From contig JAILEM010000013.1 in NCBI GenBank assembly GCA_024687745.1, forward strand, positions 559-64,558: a stretch of DNA of 64,000 bases, read 5' to 3'. Numbering within the stretch: the stretch's first letter is position 1; each line of letters opens with the position of its first letter. Under the pieces are notes generated by a model. That model had not been told where the DNA came from and did no database searches. It saw only the letters and a program-made list of their open reading frames with translations. Shown here in pieces: positions 30,358 to 39,700 of the stretch. The stretch comes from Lachnospiraceae bacterium (GTDB taxonomy: Bacteria; Bacillota; Clostridia; Lachnospirales; Lachnospiraceae). The position numbers were made by a program, and so were the translations under genes.

Positions 30358-31935
30358 ATGATAGTTTTTGAACTGTATAAACAGCTGGATATAAGACTGT
30401 ATGATACGATAAAAAAAATAGATGAGAATCTGAAACCCTGCGGTAAATATCTCCTCGAGGATGACTGTCTTGTAATGCTTGGAAGTAATCGTTCCGTAAG
30501 GATCAATATTACGGAAAAAAAGATCGAGGCTGATATTCCCTACAGGAATTATGATATCGATATTTCAAAACTCCGGTGGTTCTCAAGGGAATCCAAGGAA
30601 GGCTGTCTTATCCGTATGATATGTAACAGCTTAAGGGAATGGTACGAGATAGATCCTTTTAAATCCTTTATGGAATTTGAGGGCCTGCTCATAGAAACCA
30701 ATAAGAGACTTATCGAATATGGACTCAGTATATTCTGGGACAAAAAAAGCATGTTCATTTACCGGGAGGAAAAGCTGATAACCTTTGAGGAGGCTCTTTC
30801 CCTCCTTTTGGATATAGATGAAACCTATGATGCCAAGCTAAGTCTTACAGAATGGCAGAATGATGCCAGATATTATAAGATGACGGGGCAGGAGGCAGAG
30901 GCTATCAAGCAATATGAGATGCTTTTGAGGTATACCGACAGGACTATGGAAATGTATACCGATGCTGCTTTTTCTCTGGGAGAATTATATTACTTCAACG
31001 AAAATTATGAGCGTGCGATAGAGATGTATAAACGCTGTGATCTGCGTTTTATAGCTAATGCAAGGGATCTTTATGTCCATATCGGACATGTTTTTCTCGA
31101 TGTCAGGATGAAGAATTTTGTCAGAGAAATCAAGATATATTACAGAAGCCTGATCGATCCTTATTTTGCGGAAAGGAACCGAAGAGCCGTTGAGGTTGCA
31201 TCAGAGGTTGTACTGAATGATTATGAAGAGTACGAGGACGCCTGCTATCAGGTAGGGTTTAAAAAATATAACGAATATCAGGCAATGCTTCCGATGATCA
31301 TATCGGAGGACGATGATTTTATCATAACCGACAAAAATTATGAACCTGTTATAGAGATCCCCAAAAAAAGGTATGAGGATATAAAGCTTATACCTACAAC
31401 ACTCATAGAAGGAAACGATAATGAGAGCAGGGAAGAGCTCCTTTTCAAGGCTTTAAATTATCTTAATGAGGGGGAATATCAGAAGGCGTTTCTGATCTAT
31501 CTCAGACTGTCGAGGGAAGCGACCGAATCCGAACAGATATATACCTGGGCAAACCTGCAGCTTGGGAAGCTGTATGTTTTTTTTAACGAATATGAAAATG
31601 CCATAACCCATCTTGACAACTGCAGAGAGGATATGTACGGGGTTTTGTACAGAAAAGATGACCAGAGGCTTCTTTCCACACACGCAAGGATAGTAATGGA
31701 TGACTTTGAAAGTGAGGAGAGATTCAGGATACTTATAAGGGGAAAATATGATAATTATTATGCGGCACATGATAAAGAGTATTTTTTCCTGAAGAAGAAT
31801 AAAGAGCTTATGGAAAATTTCCAGAATTATGAAAAGGAGTGCATAGAACAGGCTGAAAGAAGGATACTGGGCTCAAGAAAAAAGATAAAGAAGAAAAAAA
31901 ACGAATGGTTCTTTACAAGAAAGAAAAACAGATAG
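30358..31935 (+). CDS. uncharacterised cytoplasmic protein with TPR-like repeats and a basic C-terminal tail
   Basis: 525 aa with no TM helix or signal peptide. TPR-like helices (AFSLGELYYFNENYERAIEMYKRC; ANLQLGKLYVFFNEYENAITHLDNC). The tail is KKIKKKKNEWFFTRKKNR. It starts 4 nt after the upstream stop. Confidence 0.6.
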   Translation: MIVFELYKQLDIRLYDTIKKIDENLKPCGKYLLEDDCLVMLGSNRSVRINITEKKIEADIPYRNYDIDISKLRWFSRESKEGCLIRMICNSLREWYEIDPFKSFMEFEGLLIETNKRLIEYGLSIFWDKKSMFIYREEKLITFEEALSLLLDIDETYDAKLSLTEWQNDARYYKMTGQEAEAIKQYEMLLRYTDRTMEMYTDAAFSLGELYYFNENYERAIEMYKRCDLRFIANARDLYVHIGHVFLDVRMKNFVREIKIYYRSLIDPYFAERNRRAVEVASEVVLNDYEEYEDACYQVGFKKYNEYQAMLPMIISEDDDFIITDKNYEPVIEIPKKRYEDIKLIPTTLIEGNDNESREELLFKALNYLNEGEYQKAFLIYLRLSREATESEQIYTWANLQLGKLYVFFNEYENAITHLDNCREDMYGVLYRKDDQRLLSTHARIVMDDFESEERFRILIRGKYDNYYAAHDKEYFFLKKNKELMENFQNYEKECIEQAERRILGSRKKIKKKKNEWFFTRKKNR

Positions 31936-32029
31936 CTTTTATTTTGACTCTGTTTATGATATCATTATGACGTTTGGAATTTATTGTAATTTTGTATTTT
32001 TATAATAATACATTTAGGAGGATTTTGTT

Positions 32030-33367
32030 ATGGGATTGATTCAGGCTGCAATGGGAGCGGTAAGCGGTGCTTTTGCCGATTCATGGAGGGAATTCTTTTA
32101 TTGTGAGGCTATACCGGCAGATATCTTAGTGGAAAAGGGAAATAAGTCAACCAATGCCAAGAGAACCTCAAATAATAAGGGAAATGACAACATCATCAGC
32201 AATGGTTCGATAATCGCTGTTGCTGACGGACAGTGCATGATAATAGTGGATCAGGGAAAGGTAGTTGAACTGTGTGCCGAGCCCGGAGAATTTTTATGGG
32301 ATGCTTCTTCCGAACCCAGTATTTTTTACGGAAATCTCGGAGAAAATATAATGGCGACATTTAAGCAGATAGGAAAACGTCTTGCCTTCGGAGGAGATAC
32401 GGGAAAGGATCAGAGAGTATATTATATTAATACAAAGGAGATCCCCGGAAACAAGTATGGTACAGCAAACCCGGTGCCATTCAGAGTGGTTGACAAGAAT
32501 ATAGGACTTGATGTGGATATAGAGATCAGATGCCACGGAGAGTATTCATACAGGATCACGGACCCGATCCTCTTTTATACAAATGTATCGGGTAATGTAT
32601 CTTCGGCTTATAAGAGAAGTGAGATAGATTCACAGCTTAAGACAGAGCTTATGACTGCACTTCAGCCCACATTTGCCAAAATATCCGAAATGGGAATAAG
32701 GTACAGTGCACTTCCCGGACATACAACGGAAATAGCGGATGTGCTCAATGACCAGCTTTCCAAGAAATGGGGAGAGCTTAGGGGAATTCAGGTCGTATCC
32801 TTTGGAGTAAGCTCTGTGACTGCTTCCGAAGAGGATGAGCAGATGATCAAGAATCTGCAGAAAACTGCTGTATACAAGGATGCCACGATGGGAGCCGCAG
32901 CTCTTACATCGGCACAGGCAGAGGCGATGGTAGCGGCTGCGAAGAATGAAAATGCCGGACCTATGATGGCCTTTGCCGGAATGAATATGGCCGGTAATGC
33001 AGGAGGAGTCAATGCGGCAAATCTTTATGCGATGGGTGCCAGTCAGAATAATTCCAATGCAGGACAGGGTGCAGGTGTATCAGCGGACGCAGCCGGAGGC
33101 TGGAAGTGTGAGTGCGGAACGGTAAATAAAGGAAAGTTCTGTTCAAACTGTGGTAAACCGCAGCCTTCCCAGGATGGATGGACATGTGAATGCGGAACGG
33201 TAAATAAAGGAAAGTTCTGCTCAAACTGCGGAAAGAAGAAACCGGCGGGAGCTTTGCTCTATAAATGTGATAAATGCGGATGGGAACCGGAGGATCCCAA
33301 GAATCCTCCCAAGTTCTGTCCCGAATGCGGAGATCCTTTTGACGATAATGATGCAGTGCAAAGCTGA
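32030..33367 (+). CDS. SPFH/band-7-like (COG4260/YdjI-like) protein with three C-terminal zinc ribbons
   Basis: Strong RBS (TAGGAGG). The ~290-aa N-terminal region resembles the YdjI/virion-core-like SPFH family; this is recalled, not searched. An A/G/N/M-rich linker follows, then three CxxC...CxxC units. Confidence 0.65.
   Translation: MGLIQAAMGAVSGAFADSWREFFYCEAIPADILVEKGNKSTNAKRTSNNKGNDNIISNGSIIAVADGQCMIIVDQGKVVELCAEPGEFLWDASSEPSIFYGNLGENIMATFKQIGKRLAFGGDTGKDQRVYYINTKEIPGNKYGTANPVPFRVVDKNIGLDVDIEIRCHGEYSYRITDPILFYTNVSGNVSSAYKRSEIDSQLKTELMTALQPTFAKISEMGIRYSALPGHTTEIADVLNDQLSKKWGELRGIQVVSFGVSSVTASEEDEQMIKNLQKTAVYKDATMGAAALTSAQAEAMVAAAKNENAGPMMAFAGMNMAGNAGGVNAANLYAMGASQNNSNAGQGAGVSADAAGGWKCECGTVNKGKFCSNCGKPQPSQDGWTCECGTVNKGKFCSNCGKKKPAGALLYKCDKCGWEPEDPKNPPKFCPECGDPFDDNDAVQS
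33101..33256 (+). repeat. intragenic 78-nt tandem duplication encoding two near-identical zinc ribbons
   Basis: The units start at 33101 and 33179 and encode WKCECGTVNKGKFCSNCGKPQPSQDG and WTCECGTVNKGKFCSNCGKKKP. The ~50-nt core differs only at a few third-codon positions. Confidence 0.9.
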
Positions 33368-33388
33368 CAGACAAAAAGATCGGTGATA

Positions 33389-33420
33389 AAGAGAGGGTGT
33401 AGGTACACCCTCTCTTTGTG
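33389..33420 (+). terminator. terminator-like hairpin after the SPFH gene
   Basis: AAGAGAGGGTGT/ACACCCTCTCTT 12-bp stem with a 4-nt loop. The trailing T tract (TTGTG) is weak. Confidence 0.6.
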
Positions 33421-33454
33421 AGATAAACAGTTAAATTTTAAACAGGAGAAAAAT

Positions 33455-36400
33455 ATGAAGAAGCGTGACGACATCAACAAAATTCTGATAATCGGCTCTG
33501 GTCCTATTATAATCGGACAGGCCTGCGAGTTTGACTATTCCGGCACTCAGGCCTGTAAAGCCCTTAAAAAACTCGGATATGAGATAGTGCTGGTCAATTC
33601 AAATCCCGCAACTATAATGACTGATCCTGAGACTGCAGATGTTACATACATTGAACCACTGAACTTAAAACGTCTCACACAGATAATCGAGAAAGAAAGA
33701 CCGGACGGTCTTTTGCCCAATCTCGGGGGCCAGACGGGGCTGAATCTGTGTTCTGAGCTGAACAGAGCGGGAGTTTTAGATAAATACGGTGTTAAAGTCA
33801 TAGGTGTTCAGGTGGATGCTATCGAAAGAGGTGAAGACCGTATCGAATTTAAGGAAACAATGAACGAACTGGGTATAAAGATGGCCAGATCGGAGGTTGC
33901 ATATTCTGTTGATGAAGCGCTTTTAATTGCTGAGGAGCTTGGATATCCGGTAGTATTAAGACCGGCCTATACTATGGGCGGAGCCGGAGGAGGACTTGTA
34001 TATAATGTTGAAGAGCTTAAGACAGTCTGTGAAAGAGGATTACAGGCTTCTTTAGTGGGACAGGTACTGGTGGAGGAGTCGGTTCTTGGATGGGAAGAAC
34101 TCGAACTTGAAGTGGTAAGGGATTCGGAAGGCAAGATGATCACAGTCTGCTTTATTGAAAACATCGATCCACTGGGTGTTCACACCGGTGACTCTTTCTG
34201 TTCGGCTCCCATGCTGACAATTCCTGAAGATGTACAGGAGGAGCTGCAGAGACAGGCATATAAGATAGTTGACAGGATACAGGTCATCGGAGGTACAAAT
34301 GTACAGTTTGCCAGAAATACAAAAGACGGAAGGATCATAGTCATAGAGATAAACCCCAGAACATCAAGATCCTCTGCCCTTGCATCCAAGGCTACAGGAT
34401 TCCCGATAGCGTATGTATCGGCACTGTTGGCCTGCGGGCTCACACTTTCGGATATAACCTGCGGTAAGTACGGTACTCTTGATAATTACAAGCCGGACGG
34501 TGATTATATAGTTATCAAATATGCCAGATGGGCATTTGAAAAGTTTAAGGGTGCCGAGGATAAGCTGGGTACTCAGATGCGCGCAGTGGGTGAAGTGATG
34601 AGTATAGGAAAGACCTATAAGGAGGCTTTCCAGAAGGCAATACGATCCCTTGAGATCGGAAGATACGGACTTGGAAATGCAAAGGATTTTGCGCAGAAAA
34701 CCAAGAAGGAGCTTCTGAATATGCTGCATGTGCCTACATCGGAAAGGCAGTTTATCATGTATGAGGCTCTGAGAAAGGGAGCCACTGTGGATGAGCTCTA
34801 TGAGATCACAAAGATCAAGCCATATTTCATCGAACAGATGGAGGAGCTTGTATTTGAAGAAGAGACGATAAAAACCTACGAGGGAAGCATTCCCCCCGAA
34901 GGAATACTGGTAGCGGCTAAAAAGAACGGCTTCTCGGATAAGTATCTCAGCCAGCTCCTTAAGGTTTCGGAGGATGAGGTAAGAAGTGCAAGGATAAGGG
35001 CAGGAGCAGTAGAGGCATGGGAGGGTGTTCATGTCAGTGGTACAGAGGATTCCTGCTACTATTATTCATCCTATAATATTAAAGAGGATGCTGCCTGTGA
35101 TAATTCCAGAGGTAAGGTTATGATCCTTGGCGGAGGTCCAAACAGGATAGGCCAGGGTATCGAATTTGATTATTGCTGTGTACATGCCGCAAAAGCCCTT
35201 AAAAAATTAGGATTTGAGACTATAATCGTTAACTGTAACCCGGAGACGGTTTCGACTGATTATGATACATCGGATAAACTTTATTTCGAGCCGCTGACGC
35301 TTGAAGATGTACTCAGTATCTACGAAAAGGAGAAACCTCTGGGTGTGATCGCCCAGTTCGGAGGCCAGACACCGCTTAACCTTGCGGCTGATCTAAAGAA
35401 AAACGGCGTCAACATACTGGGGACGACTCCCGAAACTATCGATCTTGCGGAAGACAGGGATCTTTTCAGGGAGATGATGGATAAGCTTGAGATACCGATG
35501 CCCGAATCAGGTATGGCAGTAACTGTTGAGGAGGCTATGGATATCGCCGCCAAGATCGGATATCCGGTTATGGTGCGTCCTTCATATGTTCTTGGCGGAA
35601 GAGGAATGGAAGTTGTCCATGATGATGAGCATATGAAGATATATATGAAGGATGCGATAGGTGTCACTCCCGAAAGACCGATCCTTATAGACAGATTCCT
35701 TCATAACGCTTTGGAGTGTGAGGCTGATGCTATTTCTGACGGAGAAAATGTATTTGTTCCCGCAGTAATGGAACACATAGAACAGGCAGGTATACATTCC
35801 GGCGATTCGGCCTGTGTCATACCGTCCATAAATATTTCAAAAGAGAACCTTTCAAGGATAAAGGAATACACAAAAAAGATAGCAAAGGAAATGAATGTCA
35901 AAGGTCTTATGAACATGCAGTATGCCATAGAGGATGACGTGGTTTATGTACTCGAGGCTAATCCAAGGGCTTCAAGGACAGTACCTCTTGTATCCAAGGT
36001 ATGTAATATCCGTATGGTGCCTCTTGCAACGGAAATAATCACGATGCCCCTTACGGGAAGAAAATCTCCGGTAGGTGACCTTAAGGATAAGGAATTTGCG
36101 CACTTTGGAGTTAAAGAGGCAGTATTTCCGTTTAACATGTTCCAGGAAGTCGATCCGATATTAGGTCCCGAAATGAGATCCACGGGAGAGGTTCTCGGAC
36201 TTTCCGATAACTTCGGTGAAGCATATTATAAGGCTCAGGAAGCAACACAGACTGCCCTTCCTTTAAGAGGAAGTGTTCTTATAAGCGTAAATGACAGGGA
36301 TAAATCAGAGCTCGTAGAGGTCGCGAAGGCTTTTGACGAGTGCGGATTCAAGATAATAGCAACGGGTGGTACCTGTGATATGATAACGGCAGCAGGTATC

Positions 36401-36670
36401 AAAGCGACCAAGATATTCAAGCTTCAGCAGGGGAGACCCAATGTCTTAGATGCGATCACAAACAGAGAGGTTGATATGGTCATCAATACTCCGGATGATA
36501 AAAAGGGAGCCATGGACGATTCTTATATCAGAAAGAGCGTGATAAAAGCAAGGATCCCCTATGTGACGACAATGGCAGCCGCAAAGGCATCGGCCGAGGG
36601 AATAAAATCTGCCCTGAAAGAGAATTCGGGTGTGAGAGCCCTTCAGGAATATCATTCTGATATAAGGTAG
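33455..36670 (+). CDS. carB: carbamoyl-phosphate synthase large subunit
   Basis: 1071 aa with a duplicated ATP-grasp architecture and a C-terminal MGS-like domain. The N-terminus ILIIGSGPIIIGQACEFDYSGTQA recurs internally as ILGGGPNRIGQGIEFDYCCVHA. Confidence 0.95.
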   Translation: MKKRDDINKILIIGSGPIIIGQACEFDYSGTQACKALKKLGYEIVLVNSNPATIMTDPETADVTYIEPLNLKRLTQIIEKERPDGLLPNLGGQTGLNLCSELNRAGVLDKYGVKVIGVQVDAIERGEDRIEFKETMNELGIKMARSEVAYSVDEALLIAEELGYPVVLRPAYTMGGAGGGLVYNVEELKTVCERGLQASLVGQVLVEESVLGWEELELEVVRDSEGKMITVCFIENIDPLGVHTGDSFCSAPMLTIPEDVQEELQRQAYKIVDRIQVIGGTNVQFARNTKDGRIIVIEINPRTSRSSALASKATGFPIAYVSALLACGLTLSDITCGKYGTLDNYKPDGDYIVIKYARWAFEKFKGAEDKLGTQMRAVGEVMSIGKTYKEAFQKAIRSLEIGRYGLGNAKDFAQKTKKELLNMLHVPTSERQFIMYEALRKGATVDELYEITKIKPYFIEQMEELVFEEETIKTYEGSIPPEGILVAAKKNGFSDKYLSQLLKVSEDEVRSARIRAGAVEAWEGVHVSGTEDSCYYYSSYNIKEDAACDNSRGKVMILGGGPNRIGQGIEFDYCCVHAAKALKKLGFETIIVNCNPETVSTDYDTSDKLYFEPLTLEDVLSIYEKEKPLGVIAQFGGQTPLNLAADLKKNGVNILGTTPETIDLAEDRDLFREMMDKLEIPMPESGMAVTVEEAMDIAAKIGYPVMVRPSYVLGGRGMEVVHDDEHMKIYMKDAIGVTPERPILIDRFLHNALECEADAISDGENVFVPAVMEHIEQAGIHSGDSACVIPSINISKENLSRIKEYTKKIAKEMNVKGLMNMQYAIEDDVVYVLEANPRASRTVPLVSKVCNIRMVPLATEIITMPLTGRKSPVGDLKDKEFAHFGVKEAVFPFNMFQEVDPILGPEMRSTGEVLGLSDNFGEAYYKAQEATQTALPLRGSVLISVNDRDKSELVEVAKAFDECGFKIIATGGTCDMITAAGIKATKIFKLQQGRPNVLDAITNREVDMVINTPDDKKGAMDDSYIRKSVIKARIPYVTTMAAAKASAEGIKSALKENSGVRALQEYHSDIR

Positions 36671-36692
36671 TCTGTGACGTACAAATTATCAA

Positions 36693-36721
36693 TTTATTTT
36701 TGGTGGAGTGTATGTTATAAT
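36693..36721 (+). promoter_or_regulatory. extended -10 promoter for the large c-di-GMP gene
   Basis: TGtTATAAT (36713-36721) with a weak -35, TTTATT (36693-36698), and a 17-nt spacer. Confidence 0.5.
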
Positions 36722-36755
36722 TCTCTATAGGTGGGAGCAGGCACAAGAGGATGAT

Positions 36756-39700
36756 ATGAACAGTAAAAAGGCCGGTATTTTAATATATTCAAAAAAAAGG
36801 CTCGAAATCGAATCTTTAAAGATATACCTTGAGCTTAATTATAATGTATTCCTTGTTGAAAACACAAAAGAAGTTATGAATGTGTTGGAAGCACAGGATA
36901 TAGATTTTCTGTTGATGGATATATCAGACGAAACAGATGATCTTTTGAATTTCATTACCGGCTTGAAGTACAGTGATGAATATCATAATTTAATTATCTG
37001 TATATTACATAATGATCTTAGTGAAGAGCTGACGCTTGATGCAATGCAGAAGGGTGTCAGCTATTGCTTTGATTATCCGGCAAATCCCTCACTTATCGAT
37101 TTAACGATCAAGAACCTTGTTATTTCCTATGTTGATGATAATAAGAGACGTAATGAATACTACGAGCTGCAGACATTCAGGATGGAGAGTATCCTTGAAG
37201 TTCTAAATGCCGGTTTTATCGATCTTGCACAGAAAGAAAAGTATTATATAGAATTCATGGGTAATAAAGCGGCAACCCTTTTGGGGGTGGAGCCGGATGA
37301 GATAGAAAAGAGCTATCTGGGGTATGCCTTTGATGATCTTATATATCATACAGATCTTGGGAAATTTTATTCTCTGGTAAGCAATATATTTGAATCCGGA
37401 GACGCACGAAAAGAAGATATAAGGATCAGAAAGAAAAACGGGAATTATTATAAGTTTGAGCTGATCATAAAAAATGTCAGGTATAATCGCGGGACAAAGA
37501 TACTCTCGGTCATAATAAGGCAGATTGAAGCAGGGATAAATGACATTGACAGAGAACTGAACGTAAGGGGTGAGCATGACAGTTCAAAGTTTGATATGCT
37601 CACTGAAATATACAACAAAGAGACTTTTTTTGTCGAGACAGCCAAGATGCTCGATAATAATCCCAATAAGGAGTATATCCTTTCAATATGGGACATAGAC
37701 AGGTTTAAAGCCATAAATGAGATGCTTGGTTCAAAAAAGGGTGATAAGCTTTTAGTGGATTTTGCGAATTTCCTGAAGCTTAATCTGGATTCGGACCGCT
37801 GTACTTACGGAAGGATAGAGTCGGATCATTTCGTTACCTGCTGTTCCGCGCGCTTTCATGAAAAGGCCGATAAAAATATCAGGGACGTCCTAAGCTCGCA
37901 CATTCTTTGGCATACTCTGGACAATACAATATTTATGCACGTGGGCATGTACAGGATGGATGCAAGTGAAAGGGATATAGCCATCGCCTGCGATCGTGCC
38001 ACAATGGCGCTTCATGCCATTAAGGACAGTTACGTATACCGCATGAACTTTTTCTCAAATGAGATGAGGGATGCACTGGTAACGGAGCAGGAGATAGTCA
38101 AGGATTCGGAACAGGCACTTGAAAACGGCGATTTCTTTGTGATGTATCAGCCCATCATAGATTCAAGGACTAAGGAAATAGTATCGGCGGAGGCTCTGGT
38201 AAGATGGAAAAAACAGGACGGTACGCATATACCTCCGGGAGTTTTTATACCTACCTTTGAGAAAAACGGTTTTGTTACAAAGATCGACCAGTATGTTCTT
38301 AATGAGGTTTGTACTTTCCAGAAAAACAGGATAAATTCAGGTCAGAGGATAGTGCCGATATCAGTCAATCTTTCCAGAATGGATTTTTATGATATAGATA
38401 TTTATGAAAAGCTCATGGCCATGATAGACGGATATGGTCTCGATAACAGGGCTATAAAGTTTGAGGTTACTGAAAGCGCGTATATGGATCAGCCCCAGGA
38501 ACTCATGCGCGTAATGGACAAGCTTAGAAAATCCGGATATCAGATACTTATGGATGATTTCGGGAGCGGATTCTCCTCTCTTAATATGTTAAAGGATTTC
38601 CCGGTTGATGTATTAAAGATCGATATGAAATTTATGGACTCCATAGATATATCCGAGAGAGCAAGCAATATACTCTATAATATAATCCGTATGGCAAAAT
38701 CCATCAATATGCAGATAGTAGCTGAGGGAGTTGAGACGGGAAATCAGTATGAGCTTCTCAAGAGCATGAACTGTGACTGTATTCAGGGATATTATTTCTA
38801 CCGACCTCTTATGGCCGATGATTTTTCCGGCAGACTGTCCGAACATATATCCTTACCGCAGTCAAAAACAGAGAAAATGTTATACAATATCCTTCTTTTG
38901 TCTGAGGATGAAAAAAAGAAGAATGAAATAGAAGAAGTTTTTGACCAGAGTGTGGAAGTATTCAGGGTCGATACCTGTGAAGATGCAGAGGAGTACCTTA
39001 AGAAAACATTTGCAAATGTTAATGTTATCATGGTAGATATTGATTCGCTCAGGGAGGAGAGTCTTGAATTTGTAAATGTTATGCTGCTAAAGCCTTTTTA
39101 TAATGATATTCCCCTTCTGGCATTTATAAACAGAGGTCAGATGGATGGATTCGTAGATGATTATATCAGGGATGAGACTATAACCGATATCATCCCCGTA
39201 CCATACAGCAGGCAGCTTCTCAGACAGAGAATACGAAGGACAATAGATTATTACAGTGTTGAAAGTGAAAGAAGAGCCATAAGCATACTCAGGAGAAGTG
39301 TTCTTTTGCGTCAGCAGGTGAATTCCTTCTTCGAGGACAGTGAAGCGGGAATAGCAAGGATAATACTTGACAGGAGTGAGGGACTTCCCGTAAAGGAAGT
39401 ATCCTATATCAATAACGGGTTCTTGAATCTTCATATGATAACTCTTGATGAAGCCATGAAGGCTGACAGACTCGGAGAACTCATGCCGCATGTTCTCTTC
39501 TCGGAGCTTGACTCGATCGATAAGAGTATCCGTTATGCCGTAAACAACAATGAAGCCGGCTTTACAAAGGAACAGACTATAGAGACTAATGAGGGTTATA
39601 CCAAGAGCATAATAGTTTCCTGCAGCATTAAGTATAAGGGTGATGAGCTTCAGCTCGACCTTGTGCTGATAGAGAATACAGAGGCTACCAAGCATAAGAC

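Noticed and set aside
33386-33420. The AGAGAGG sequence in the hairpin upstream of carB resembles the core of the PyrR-binding loop (UCCAGAGAGG).
   Set aside because: The flanking UCC is missing. The motif lies in the stem of the terminator-like hairpin rather than in an anti-antiterminator loop. The 87-nt gap is too short for the three-hairpin PyrR attenuator. It is more simply the terminator of the upstream SPFH gene.
25166-33420. The possibility that the region downstream of tRNA-Leu (kinase/TGase/TPR/SPFH genes) is a tRNA-integrated genomic island.
   Set aside because: No integrase, recombinase or mobility gene is present. I saw no direct repeat of the tRNA 3' end (…GGTTCAAGTCCCTTTTCCTGCA) downstream, although I cannot scan exhaustively by eye. 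Codon usage looks like that of the neighbours. A computational repeat search and synteny comparison would settle it.
36708-36755. N-terminal extensions implied by the ORF-track starts: 36708, 57478, 16080, 45645(-), 45737, 52876, 43347, 10384, 13715 and 28225.
   Set aside because: Each has a downstream in-frame ATG with a proper GGAGG-type RBS at 5-9 nt. The extension overlaps the upstream gene, the RBS itself or a predicted promoter/TSS. The conserved protein N-termini begin at the downstream start.
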